DNA of 64,000 nt from Desulfurococcales archaeon (GTDB lineage: Archaea > Thermoproteota > Thermoprotei_A > Sulfolobales > Desulfurococcaceae), in assembly GCA_027022365.1 (NCBI GenBank), contig JALVYU010000011.1, positions 1 through 64,000 of the forward strand, given 5' to 3'. This document shows, one piece after another, positions 36,842 through 46,283 of this stretch (positions within the stretch are counted from its first letter, which is position 1; every line of letters starts with the position of its first letter). The notes under the pieces are model-generated. The model saw only the letters and a program-made list of their open reading frames with translations. It was not told the DNA's origin and ran no database searches. The position numbers and the translations under genes were made by a program.

Positions 36842-38027
36842 TGAAGAGGAATGTTTCAACCGTAGAAATGTCTATGCTCTTAGCGCTACAAGCTTATTAA
36901 CCGATATCAGTAGCGAGTCCGTCTATGCAGTTCTTCCTTTCTATATCTTATCGCTTGGATACGGTAGGGATATAATAGGTTTTGTAGAAGGTCTTGGAGG
37001 ATTTCTTGATAGCTTAATGCGGCTTATAAGTGGAAAACTAGCTGATCGTGTTGGGAAGTATAAGTTGCTCGCGACAACAGGTTATTTAATATCATCGGTT
37101 TCTAAGCCTTTCTTCGCTTTTACGAGTTCCTGGCCGATCATAGCACTCATCAGAGCTATTGATCGCATCGGGAAAGGGATCAGGACATCCCCACGCGACG
37201 CACTATTATCTTTTAGCACGTCTCCAAAATACAGAGGTAAAGCCTTTGGACTACATCGGAGCCTAGATACACTGGGTGCCATAATAGGTCCTCTGTTTGC
37301 ATTCTTTATACTGCCGTTCCTAGGATTCGGTGGAGTCTTCATATTAAGCCTCGCCCCTGGGCTATTAGCGGTTCTCCTCATAGCAGCGATTGTCTCAGAG
37401 AAGGAACTATGTCTACGGAGTGAAGAGAGGAAGAAGTCGAGGACGGTGATTGCTGGCAAACTCCCAAGAGAATATTGGTTCTTCCTCTTGTCCGTGGGGA
37501 TGTCTGGATTGTCGGGTTTTGGCCAAGCATTTCTTCTGATCAGATCAGTTGAGCTCGGCTGGAGCAAGGAATACAGTTTATTCTTCCTGATGATCTCTAA
37601 TACTGTGTATGCCTTAACTGCTTATCCGGTAGGGCTTATCAGTGATAAGATGGGGGCTAGAAGAAAGTATCTTTATCCAATAGTTTTCATCCTTACATTC
37701 GTGACGGGAGTATTCCTAGCGATAATACAGTCTCCCTCCATGGCAATAATATCATTCATCATGCTCGGACTATACATGGCATTCAACGACACACTTAGAC
37801 GTATAATCACTGGCCTTCTTCTACCAGTTAGGACACGTGGAACTGGTTATGGATACATGCATGGAATACATGGTTTAGCATATCTGGTCGGGAATACTAT
37901 TCTCGGAAAACTGTATCAGATGTATGGAGCCACCATAGCGTTCACTTACATGTCATTAACGGCACTGATCGGCTTTGTCACGGCGACATTGTTCTTAGTG
38001 GGGTTCTGGCGCTCAATTCTTAACTAG
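36834..38027 (+). CDS. MFS transporter
   Basis: TDISSE, GKLADRVG, DRIGKGIRTSPRDAL and FGLHRSLDTLGA; about 12 TM segments. Confidence 0.9.
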   Translation: MSSEEECFNRRNVYALSATSLLTDISSESVYAVLPFYILSLGYGRDIIGFVEGLGGFLDSLMRLISGKLADRVGKYKLLATTGYLISSVSKPFFAFTSSWPIIALIRAIDRIGKGIRTSPRDALLSFSTSPKYRGKAFGLHRSLDTLGAIIGPLFAFFILPFLGFGGVFILSLAPGLLAVLLIAAIVSEKELCLRSEERKKSRTVIAGKLPREYWFFLLSVGMSGLSGFGQAFLLIRSVELGWSKEYSLFFLMISNTVYALTAYPVGLISDKMGARRKYLYPIVFILTFVTGVFLAIIQSPSMAIISFIMLGLYMAFNDTLRRIITGLLLPVRTRGTGYGYMHGIHGLAYLVGNTILGKLYQMYGATIAFTYMSLTALIGFVTATLFLVGFWRSILN

Positions 38028-38061
38028 ACAGGAGCCATTATTAATTGAATAGGTGGTGCGA

Positions 38062-39006
38062 ATGGTCACGAGCATGAAAGGCAAGCACTTCTTGACGTTA
38101 GCCGATTTCACACGTGAAGAACTAGAATTCATGCTAGACACTGCGAAAATGCTTAAAGAAAGATACTTGGCCGGAGAAAGGATCATACCGATACTAAGGG
38201 GGAGGCACCTAGCCCTCCTCTTTGAAAAACCTAGCACCCGTACAAGAATAAGCTTCGAAACAGCGATGCTTGAACTAGGTGGTGACGCCTTATATCTGAA
38301 CTGGAGAGACCTACAGTTAGGGAGAGGAGAAACGATCGAGGACACTGCGAGAGTCTTGTCGCGATACGTAGACGGCATAATGGCTCGCGTATACGAGCAC
38401 GAAAAACTCGTCAAACTAGCACAGTATAGCCGTGTCCCTGTGATCAACGGTCTTAGCGATCTGCTCCACCCGGCACAGGCATTGACTGATATCTACACTA
38501 TAATGGAGAAGAAAGGCACAGATCTCAGGAAGCTCAAAATAGTGTTCGTTGGTGATGGGAGAGACAACGTGTTACATAGCCTCATGCTGGGAATAGGTAT
38601 CCTGGGCGGGAAGATAATAATAGCTAGTCCCGAGGGATACGAACCCGATCCGAAAGTCGTGAAGATGTTCGAGGAAACAGCAGCACCTAACGGCGGTGAA
38701 TACGAGATCATAAGGGATCCCGTCGAAGCCGTCAAGGGAGCCGATGTCGTATATACTGATGTCTGGGTGAGCATGGGCCAAGAATCGATCAAGGAGAAGA
38801 AAATACGTGATCTGAGCCCATACCAGGTTAACAAGGAGCTCATGAGCTATGCAAAGCCGGATGCCATATTCATGCACTGTCTGCCAGCGCATAGAGGACA
38901 AGAAGTGACCGATGAAGTAATTGATGGCAAATGGAGCGTGGTATGGGATCAGGCAGAGAACAGGAAACATGTACAGAAAGCCATACTCGCGCTCCTAATA
39001 CCTTGA
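38062..39006 (+). CDS. argF: Ornithine carbamoyltransferase
   Basis: STRTRISFE, HPAQALTD, TDVWVSMG, HCLPAHRG and QAENR. Confidence 0.96.
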   Translation: MVTSMKGKHFLTLADFTREELEFMLDTAKMLKERYLAGERIIPILRGRHLALLFEKPSTRTRISFETAMLELGGDALYLNWRDLQLGRGETIEDTARVLSRYVDGIMARVYEHEKLVKLAQYSRVPVINGLSDLLHPAQALTDIYTIMEKKGTDLRKLKIVFVGDGRDNVLHSLMLGIGILGGKIIIASPEGYEPDPKVVKMFEETAAPNGGEYEIIRDPVEAVKGADVVYTDVWVSMGQESIKEKKIRDLSPYQVNKELMSYAKPDAIFMHCLPAHRGQEVTDEVIDGKWSVVWDQAENRKHVQKAILALLIP

Positions 39007-39153
39007 AACACCCGGTCCAAACACATTGATAGGACGCGATCAGGATAATACCATACAATATTTTTATATTCTATCAGACATACCCTTGAAACCCAGAGAT
39101 AAACCTAGCATTAACCACAGGTTTGTTTATTACTTTGCTTATGGGGGAAAAGA

Positions 39154-41541
39154 ATGTCGCAAGAATTCGAAAAACTCATTACCAAGATCTATGAAGCCCT
39201 GGATAAAAGGCCCGGTCTTTCAAAAATCCTGACCGCAGTGCTCCTCACGGTTTTCGCCGGAATAGGAATATATCTGCGCGCACTACCGGCGATCAAATGG
39301 GGTTTAGAGCTCCACGCCAACGACCCATGGATCGAGTACTGGCAGACAAACTACACCTATTATCATGGTCTGCTCAGCTGGTACACGCTGACCCCGTCCA
39401 ACCCCGCCACTCATCTATTCTGGTATCCATGGGGAAGGAATTTCCTACTATCTGCTTATCCGGGCATACCGATATGGACAGCGCTGACATACTATGTTGT
39501 GGGCGCCCTGGGGATCACGGTCAAGGCATGGGTTGCGCTACAACCACTAGTATTTGCCGGATTCACGTTCGTAACGTTGTTCTTCGCTGTGAGAGAGATC
39601 ATGGATGGGAGTAACGTAGCTGGGCTCATGGCAGCCCTTCTCTATGCTTTGGTTCCAGCGGCAAGTGATAGAACGATCGTGGGGTTCGTGGAGAAGGAAG
39701 GCGTTGCGATGGCTATGGTCTTCCTGTTCATATACTTCTACTCGAGACTGATGAAGACATATAAGCGTAAAGACGTCGATGTAAAGAAAAAGATGATTTA
39801 CCTCATACTAGCTGCTCTAAGTATGGCGTCGGTTGGCTGGTTCTGGGGTGGATTCCTCTACGTGTGGATGGGGCTGATAGTATTCATGATCCTATACCCC
39901 TTGTTCGCGCCGAAGGAGATAACACCGAGATTCCTTAAATACAATATAGCGCTCATATTATTGTCTCTCATTCTATCCTTTGCGGCGCCAACCGTGCCAG
40001 AAGCACTGGGTTTCTTCCCTAGATTCAATCCCAAGGGTATAGGCGTACTGGCTCTAGCATCCCTGGTTCTCCCCATCATATACTATGTGCTCGGTAATAG
40101 CAAATACTTCAAGAAGAAAATACTGACTCCAGCACGTTACTTCCTAATATTATTCTTCGGAGTAATAGCCGGCGTAGTATTAGCGGTTAAAGGCATAATA
40201 CCCGTCAGCGGCAGACTCGCATGGGCGCTGGGTCTGCGATTCGTACACGTGTCTCCGCTCGTAGAGAGTGTTGCAGAGCAACAGCCAGCACTAGTTGCGA
40301 AGGGATTGACCGGTCTCTTTACTGCTTGGGGTACCGGTATCTATGCCTTATTCTTCGTGTCACCACTGATCCTCGCAATAATCGGTGCTTTCTATCTCCT
40401 GTATAAGGGCCGCGCCGACAGAGTCTATCTGGCGCTGGCTTTCTTGATAGCGTTTTACGCATATATGAACGCGACATATTTTGAGGCCACAGCCGCTACC
40501 TATGGCCTAGCGGTTGCGGGCTGTTTCCTCGGCTGGCTCTTCCAGAAGTTCCTGCCGAGCAGGAAAGAAATAATGGAGCGTAAGAGGGGAAGAGTTAGCT
40601 TCAGACATAAGTCCTCGGCAAGGATCATAGCATTCGTATTCGTCGTCCTAGCACTAATAAACTTGGCAGCAGCTGGCGCGGTCACATACAATAGCCATAT
40701 TAGGATGGTACCATCAATTATGGCGGGTGGTGCTCCAGTTAATGCTCGTACCAATGCATGGTATGATACCCTGAAATTCCTAGAGAAAAACACGGCAAGA
40801 GATGCACTCATAGTGGCGTGGTGGGACTACGGATACTGGATAAGTGTTGGAGCGCATAGAGCAACCCTTGCAGACGGCGCGACACTGAATGGTACACAGA
40901 TATCCCTACTAGCAAAAATATTGACGGCATATAATGAGACCGAAGCTGTCAAGATATTAAAAGAGCTCAAAGCACCTGAGAACCAGACCTATATACTTGT
41001 CTTCGATGTCTTCCGCTTCATACCGGGCAAGAACAACACTATTACAGTGGTGCCAATTGTTGGCGGGGGAACATTTGTGGGCCTTGTTGATCTACCGAAG
41101 AGCTACTGGATGGTGAGGATAGCGCGTGAGGATGTATCTAAGTACTTCTACCTCTACATTGTGCAGAGCCAGCGCCTAGCGTTTCTATCGCCCAGATTCG
41201 ATGAGCCAAACAAGCTACCACTTATCTATAAGATAATGGTGGACGGTATACTTTATCTCAACTACGAGGACAAGAACCATACTTACTATTTCGTATGGTA
41301 TACAGGTAATGTCCAGCCAGTATCGCCAGAGTACCAGTTGTTCGCCGAAAGGGTCGGGATAAAGTACCAGGTAACAGTTACTTCGACAAGGACGCTATCA
41401 TTCATTGACAGGCCGCAGTTCAAGTATTTCGAGCCATATAAGGTTATTGCAGAGCCTTATCAAGGTCTCCCAGGATATTATGAGGTAATATTCATATACA
41501 AGGCGGTCTTCTCGGGAGTAAACCGGTCAACAACTGGTTAA
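39154..41541 (+). CDS. aglB: Oligosaccharyltransferase AglB (STT3 family)
   Basis: NDPW, EKE, SVAEQQP, WWDYGYW and a DxxK (DLPKSYWM) motif; multi-TM N-terminal domain. Confidence 0.93.
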   Translation: MSQEFEKLITKIYEALDKRPGLSKILTAVLLTVFAGIGIYLRALPAIKWGLELHANDPWIEYWQTNYTYYHGLLSWYTLTPSNPATHLFWYPWGRNFLLSAYPGIPIWTALTYYVVGALGITVKAWVALQPLVFAGFTFVTLFFAVREIMDGSNVAGLMAALLYALVPAASDRTIVGFVEKEGVAMAMVFLFIYFYSRLMKTYKRKDVDVKKKMIYLILAALSMASVGWFWGGFLYVWMGLIVFMILYPLFAPKEITPRFLKYNIALILLSLILSFAAPTVPEALGFFPRFNPKGIGVLALASLVLPIIYYVLGNSKYFKKKILTPARYFLILFFGVIAGVVLAVKGIIPVSGRLAWALGLRFVHVSPLVESVAEQQPALVAKGLTGLFTAWGTGIYALFFVSPLILAIIGAFYLLYKGRADRVYLALAFLIAFYAYMNATYFEATAATYGLAVAGCFLGWLFQKFLPSRKEIMERKRGRVSFRHKSSARIIAFVFVVLALINLAAAGAVTYNSHIRMVPSIMAGGAPVNARTNAWYDTLKFLEKNTARDALIVAWWDYGYWISVGAHRATLADGATLNGTQISLLAKILTAYNETEAVKILKELKAPENQTYILVFDVFRFIPGKNNTITVVPIVGGGTFVGLVDLPKSYWMVRIAREDVSKYFYLYIVQSQRLAFLSPRFDEPNKLPLIYKIMVDGILYLNYEDKNHTYYFVWYTGNVQPVSPEYQLFAERVGIKYQVTVTSTRTLSFIDRPQFKYFEPYKVIAEPYQGLPGYYEVIFIYKAVFSGVNRSTTG

Positions 41542-41595
41542 TAGCCCCTATATTTTTAACCATTCCATTGCCGATTTCATTACTGGTGTATTTAC

Positions 41596-42138
41596 ATGAT
41601 TTTCCGAAGAAGAAAAATAGATCCTTATAGAGAAGGCATTCAAGCCCTTTACTCCGTCAAATTAGGGATGAGCAAGATCGAGGCTTTACTCGATAGGATT
41701 AAGAATCGCCGTCACCGCATGATGGAGGTTGCGGCAGAGCTTCAGATGCGTGGAGAAACATTTCTAGCAAAGAAATATGCGGAAGAAATAGCTAAGCTTG
41801 ATAAGATATCTGCTCGTCTACAAATGATCCACCTTGTCCTAGAAAAAGTGGCTTTAAGCCTAGAGTACGCGATGACCGTTCATAATTTCCAAGGGATAGC
41901 AAAAGAGGTGCTCGAGATAACAAGGGATCTCAAGAAATTGCCTGAATCAACTATTCCGGATATGGGTCTTATGCTTTATAATCTCGAGGAATCATTGAAA
42001 GCTATAGCTAACTCAGGGGCTAATGTCCCGGATTATAGCTTGATAGATATGTCGCCATCAACGGACGAGAATACTGAGAAGATACTCAAGGAAGCCAGGG
42101 AGATATTGAAGTCAAGACTGACAGTTGATGCAGCCTAG
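41596..42138 (+). CDS. ESCRT-III/CdvB-like (Snf7-fold) protein
   Basis: Helical protein with AKKYAEEIAKL, LEKVALSLE, IPDMGLML and EKILKEAREI patterns typical of crenarchaeal CdvB paralogues. Confidence 0.75.
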   Translation: MIFRRRKIDPYREGIQALYSVKLGMSKIEALLDRIKNRRHRMMEVAAELQMRGETFLAKKYAEEIAKLDKISARLQMIHLVLEKVALSLEYAMTVHNFQGIAKEVLEITRDLKKLPESTIPDMGLMLYNLEESLKAIANSGANVPDYSLIDMSPSTDENTEKILKEAREILKSRLTVDAA

Positions 42139-42842
42139 ACAAGGCCTTTTCTCCTTCGATTCCTCCTTATGTGCTCATGTAACACTTCCTCGCTTAAATA
42201 GTACCTGTGCCTAGGTATACCAACCGATACCATGTATACTGGCTGAACTCCCTCTCTGATACCAGCGGCTTCTCCTAGTTCATCGTCATAGAAAGCACCT
42301 ATGGCGACCGCGCCGAGGCCGAGTGCTGTTGCCTCCAAATAGATGTTCTGGGCACAATGACCTGCCTCTAGTATAACATATCTGATCCCGCGTTCGCCAT
42401 AGTATCGTGTTGTCCGCTCATAATCTGCGGCTATGACGATGTTAGCCTTGGCCTGGAGGACCCATTTCTGCGAGAGACAAGCCCTATAGATCTCCTCCTT
42501 GATATGGCCCGGCTTAACATATGCAAGGACATGGTACTGTGGCAGATATCTATATGACCCAGGCTCCAAGAACTCGCCATTACCTAGCTCGACATCTTCT
42601 GTCCCAACAACGAGATATAGTTCTAACGGATAAGTAGCGCCGGCACTCGGGCATGTCAAGAATCCTTTGGTAGGCATCGACAAGCCGTAGGCGGCCCACA
42701 GTAGTTGGGAAACATCACTAATGCTGAGCGGTTCATCCCTGAAGCTTCTATGACTCCTCCTATAAGCGAGCGCTTGTTCGACGCTGAGAACACCCGATCT
42801 TATCCTTGGCAGGGGAAGTGTGATCATAGACACTGCCATCAA
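42135..42842 (-). CDS. SagB-type nitroreductase-family protein
   Basis: RRSHRSF, PSAGATYPLELY and EAGHCAQNIYL...GAFYDD. Confidence 0.9.
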   Translation of the reverse strand: MMAVSMITLPLPRIRSGVLSVEQALAYRRSHRSFRDEPLSISDVSQLLWAAYGLSMPTKGFLTCPSAGATYPLELYLVVGTEDVELGNGEFLEPGSYRYLPQYHVLAYVKPGHIKEEIYRACLSQKWVLQAKANIVIAADYERTTRYYGERGIRYVILEAGHCAQNIYLEATALGLGAVAIGAFYDDELGEAAGIREGVQPVYMVSVGIPRHRYYLSEEVLHEHIRRNRRRKGLV

Positions 42843-42917
42843 TCCTCTTAGAATAACCGATTATGATTTCTTCATACAATTTTTGTCTCGAAGCACAGGT
42901 ATTTATACAGATATGGA

Positions 42918-43586
42918 TCAGAACACGAGCGTGTAGCGTCTCTCTTCTCTGAGAATAGCGAGTTTGATCCCTAGACTCCTAAGCATTTGTTTCACTTTTT
43001 CCGGTATCTTGTTTATTATGAAGGAAGGCCCCGTAATGATTATCTCATCATAGATTCCATTACTGGATAGCAGAGCAGATCCTATGGCGTAAGCCAGGTT
43101 CTTTAGCTGTGTTGCCTGGTCAGTCCCTGGATCGATCACCCATACAGCCGTCTTTTTTCCGTTATCGGCGACTATATCCGGAGTTAGTGGTTTTCTGTGT
43201 TGGAGTATGATCTGGACTTTATAGCCCTTGTTCTCCAGTATCTCGGATATCTGGGATAATACTAGTTTTCTCGTGGGGAGATAATGGTGGGGTTCAAGGT
43301 ATTTCTCCAGGGGGCCATGAATATCTGGGTCGTAAAGAGTATATCTCCCCCTACTGATTCTGAAAAGGAATAGTTTCTCTGGATCCTTATACCTATCTTT
43401 ACTATTGCTGTTCACTGTAACTAGATCTACTTCGAAATCTAGGCTTGTCTCAGGTCTCGATGGGTCAATGTTTTTCTTGGCGAACATGGTTAGTTCTTTC
43501 CTCGTGAAGGAGGTCTTACCCTTCTTCGTCAGTTCCTCCGCTGCTTTTTTCAGCACCATCCATGTCGGTAGCTTACTTGTTTCCAT
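42918..43586 (-). CDS. Hypothetical protein: winged-helix-like N-domain plus restriction-endonuclease-like C-domain
   Basis: FTRKEL...VTVNS...LFRISRGRYTLYDP N-domain; LENKGYKV...PDIVAD C-domain; GGGG RBS before ATG 43586. Confidence 0.55.
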   Translation of the reverse strand: METSKLPTWMVLKKAAEELTKKGKTSFTRKELTMFAKKNIDPSRPETSLDFEVDLVTVNSNSKDRYKDPEKLFLFRISRGRYTLYDPDIHGPLEKYLEPHHYLPTRKLVLSQISEILENKGYKVQIILQHRKPLTPDIVADNGKKTAVWVIDPGTDQATQLKNLAYAIGSALLSSNGIYDEIIITGPSFIINKIPEKVKQMLRSLGIKLAILREERRYTLVF

Positions 43587-43721
43587 GACTATTCCCCAGT
43601 AAAGTATAGGGGGTATTAGGCCAAATATATAAGTTACGATATAAGGCAGAGAAGTAAGGAGTGATGAAAAAATGGTAAGAGGAAACACTACTGTTTTTCT
43701 TTGGGGGGTTATCTATAAGAG

Positions 43722-44579
43722 TTAATTACTGTTTTTATCCGAGGCAAGTAGCTCGACTATTCTATCAGCAAGTCCCCGGAGGGCTTTTGCAGCTTCTCCC
43801 TCAGGATATTCTACTAGGTATGGTTTCTTCTTATCGAGTGCTTCTCCGATGTACGGGTCTAGGGGTATCTTGGCCAGTAATCTAGTACCATATTTCTTCG
43901 CCAGATCTTCGCCTGTGCTCTTACCTAGGAGCTGGTATATGGAACCACACTTTGGGCACTTGAAATAGCTCATGTTCTCGACTATTCCTAGAAGCGGTAT
44001 ATTGTTCTTTATGATGAAGTTTATGGCCTTTGCGACTATTACCTCGGACAATATGCTTGGGGCAGTAACAACTATTGCGCCGTCGAGATCGCTTATTGTC
44101 TGTACTATCGTTATAGCCTCGTCACCGGTCCCCGGAGGTAGATCTATTACTAAGAAGTCGTTCTCTCCCCAATTCACCTTGGCTAGTAGCTCGGTAATAG
44201 CCCGGGATTTAAGAGGGCCTCTCCACACGATCGGAGTATCTGGGGTATCGAGCATCATGTTTATCGCAACAACCTTGACTCCCAGCGGTCCTGGCACGGG
44301 CTCTATTCCGTAGGGGCCAGCGTAGTGTCGCGCATCCTCGAGGCCCAGAACCGTGGGTATTGATGAACCATGGATGTCCGCGTCGAATATGGCTACTCTA
44401 TATCCTTTCTCTGCGAGTGCAAGGCTGAGCATTGATGAGATAAAAGTTTTTCCGACACCGCCTTTGCCGCTGAGAACCATTATTTTGTACTTGGTCTTAC
44501 CTAGCCTTTCACGTGCCTCGTTTATTGTCTTAAAGATAGGAGTAGGTGCTCGAGGCTTCATAGTGTAGTTTTGCGACAT
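43722..44579 (-). CDS. apbC: Mrp/NBP35/ApbC Fe-S cluster carrier ATPase
   Basis: SGKGGVGKT, DADIHG, WRGP, DLPPGTGD and ENMSYFKCPKC. Confidence 0.93.
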   Translation of the reverse strand: MSQNYTMKPRAPTPIFKTINEARERLGKTKYKIMVLSGKGGVGKTFISSMLSLALAEKGYRVAIFDADIHGSSIPTVLGLEDARHYAGPYGIEPVPGPLGVKVVAINMMLDTPDTPIVWRGPLKSRAITELLAKVNWGENDFLVIDLPPGTGDEAITIVQTISDLDGAIVVTAPSILSEVIVAKAINFIIKNNIPLLGIVENMSYFKCPKCGSIYQLLGKSTGEDLAKKYGTRLLAKIPLDPYIGEALDKKKPYLVEYPEGEAAKALRGLADRIVELLASDKNSN

Positions 44580-44707
44580 ATTTGGCTCACCCAGATAAGC
44601 AGTAATGATCATAGCTTGAGACAACTTTATTGTAAGAGGCAATTATTAATCTAACTAGCATCAAGATATAGTCAAGTATATGGTGCCTTATCCAGGTGAG
44701 CGTATTC

Positions 44708-45670
44708 ATGAAAGTGTGCTGTAGAGCTCCTGGAAAGACGATATGGTTCGGAGAACATTTTGTGGTGAAAGGCATCCCAGCTATAGCGAGTAGTGTCGAC
44801 CTATATGTTAGGACTTATGTCGAGCCATGTAAAGACGACAAGATAAAGTTTTGGTCAAAGTCGCTCGAGAAGGGATTCATATATGGAGAGAAAGAACCCG
44901 ACGAAAAACTTCTCCCGTTTAAGCGTATCCTTGATCTTATCAGTAATAGGTATGGAGAACTCCCTAGTATGAAGATTACCATCGACTCGGACATACCAAT
45001 ATCATATGGGCTTGGCTCATCAGCTGCTTCGAGCATAAGCTTTGCCGCCGCAGTACTCAAGTACATTGGGGAAGAACCTACAACAGCCCTTATTAAGGAG
45101 CTGTCAATGGAGGCCGAAAAAATAGTGCATGGGAAACCAAGCGGTATAGACACAGCGATCTCTCTGCACGGCGGCTTCATATATTATCTGGGCCCACACG
45201 ACATAAGGCCACTAAACGCCAAGTGGATCGACGAATATACTCTCCTCGTCATCGGTACTGGAATAACACGTAATACCGGATTAGTTGTCAGGAAAGTACT
45301 CGAGAGATACGAGCGTTTCCCAACCATTATGAAAAGAATATATGATGCAGCAAAAGAGATATCCTTGATCGCTAAATCCCTCACGACTATTGGTGAATGG
45401 GATAAAATAGGAGAGCTAATGAACATAAACCACGGTCTCTTAGTCTCTATAGGTGTAGCAATACCTGAAACTGAGAGAATAATACACAATAGCCTCAGAC
45501 TAGGGGCGCTTGGAGCGAAGATAAGTGGTGCAGGTTTGGGAGGAATAGTGATCGTGCTGTCGAGGAAGAAGGACAAAGACATAATAGTCAATGGATTAAT
45601 GAGCTTCTCAAACGAGATAATCGAGGTAAAACCAGGAGTACCCGGATTGGAGTGCTCAGTCAAAAATTGA
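44708..45670 (+). CDS. mvk: Mevalonate kinase (GHMP family)
   Basis: APGKTIWFGEHFVV, PISYGLGSSAA, HGKPSGID, MNINHGLL and KISGAGLGG. Confidence 0.92.
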   Translation: MKVCCRAPGKTIWFGEHFVVKGIPAIASSVDLYVRTYVEPCKDDKIKFWSKSLEKGFIYGEKEPDEKLLPFKRILDLISNRYGELPSMKITIDSDIPISYGLGSSAASSISFAAAVLKYIGEEPTTALIKELSMEAEKIVHGKPSGIDTAISLHGGFIYYLGPHDIRPLNAKWIDEYTLLVIGTGITRNTGLVVRKVLERYERFPTIMKRIYDAAKEISLIAKSLTTIGEWDKIGELMNINHGLLVSIGVAIPETERIIHNSLRLGALGAKISGAGLGGIVIVLSRKKDKDIIVNGLMSFSNEIIEVKPGVPGLECSVKN

Positions 45671-45729
45671 TTGAAGCACTGATTAGGAAAAAGTATTGTT
45701 CAAACATAAATATTCCCCCTACCTATATT

Positions 45730-45792
45730 AGGTGCGGGGATGAAGAATAGTTACTCGGCGGAAAAGATGAAGAGACTCCCATGGGCTGACCT
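45730..45792 (+). ncRNA. Box C/D guide sRNA
   Basis: C GGGAUGA (45737-45743), 15-nt guide, D' CGGA, C' AAGAUGA, 15-nt guide, D CUGA (45786-45789); terminal AGGU/ACCU pairing. Confidence 0.75.
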
Positions 45793-45795
45793 GGT

Positions 45796-46203
45796 TTGAA
45801 TAAGAAGAAACAAGAACTCGCAAACAAAACGGTGCTCCGTACAATAAATGATATTATCTCTAGCTATACACAGAAGATCTATGAGTATAACAACATCGTC
45901 CGAAAGAAAGGTTACTATCTGAAACCTGTGCACATAGTGGTGAAGAAACGAAAAGATGGGACAAGAGTCAAATACTACTATTATGGACGCTACTGGTACA
46001 GGATCGAGATACGTAAGAACGGCTCTTCTCAAATTAAATGGATATATCTAGGCAAAGAAAAACCCGATAAAGACCTCCCCGATCCGCCTGAGAACCCGCT
46101 GGAGGGACTAGTTGTGAGAGTAGATAATGAAGGAGTAAGCCTAAACAAGTCCTTGCACGAGATACGAAGACTCGTAAAGGAACTTGCGGAAAAAGAAGAA
46201 TAA
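45796..46203 (+). CDS. Basic, aromatic-rich hypothetical protein, possibly nucleic-acid binding
   Basis: YYLKPVHIV, KYYYYGRYWY, KWIYLGKEKP and PPENPLEG. Confidence 0.65.
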   Translation: MNKKKQELANKTVLRTINDIISSYTQKIYEYNNIVRKKGYYLKPVHIVVKKRKDGTRVKYYYYGRYWYRIEIRKNGSSQIKWIYLGKEKPDKDLPDPPENPLEGLVVRVDNEGVSLNKSLHEIRRLVKELAEKEE

Positions 46204-46283
46204 CCGTGTTTTAACGGTCATCCATAAAATACGTCACCGTGAAGATAATAATAATAATTTAGTGGGAAGACTAGTGATTAGCC

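Noticed and set aside
31256-39006. Carbamate kinase plus OTCase as a simple arginine deiminase operon
   Set aside because: No arginine deiminase or ArcD antiporter in the window, and argF is on the opposite strand. The kinase clusters with the ssnA/ygeW-like genes, though a shared role cannot be excluded.
42135-42842. SagB-like dehydrogenase as evidence of a RiPP (TOMM) cluster
   Set aside because: No YcaO cyclodehydratase or precursor peptide nearby; stand-alone SagB-type nitroreductases are common in archaea
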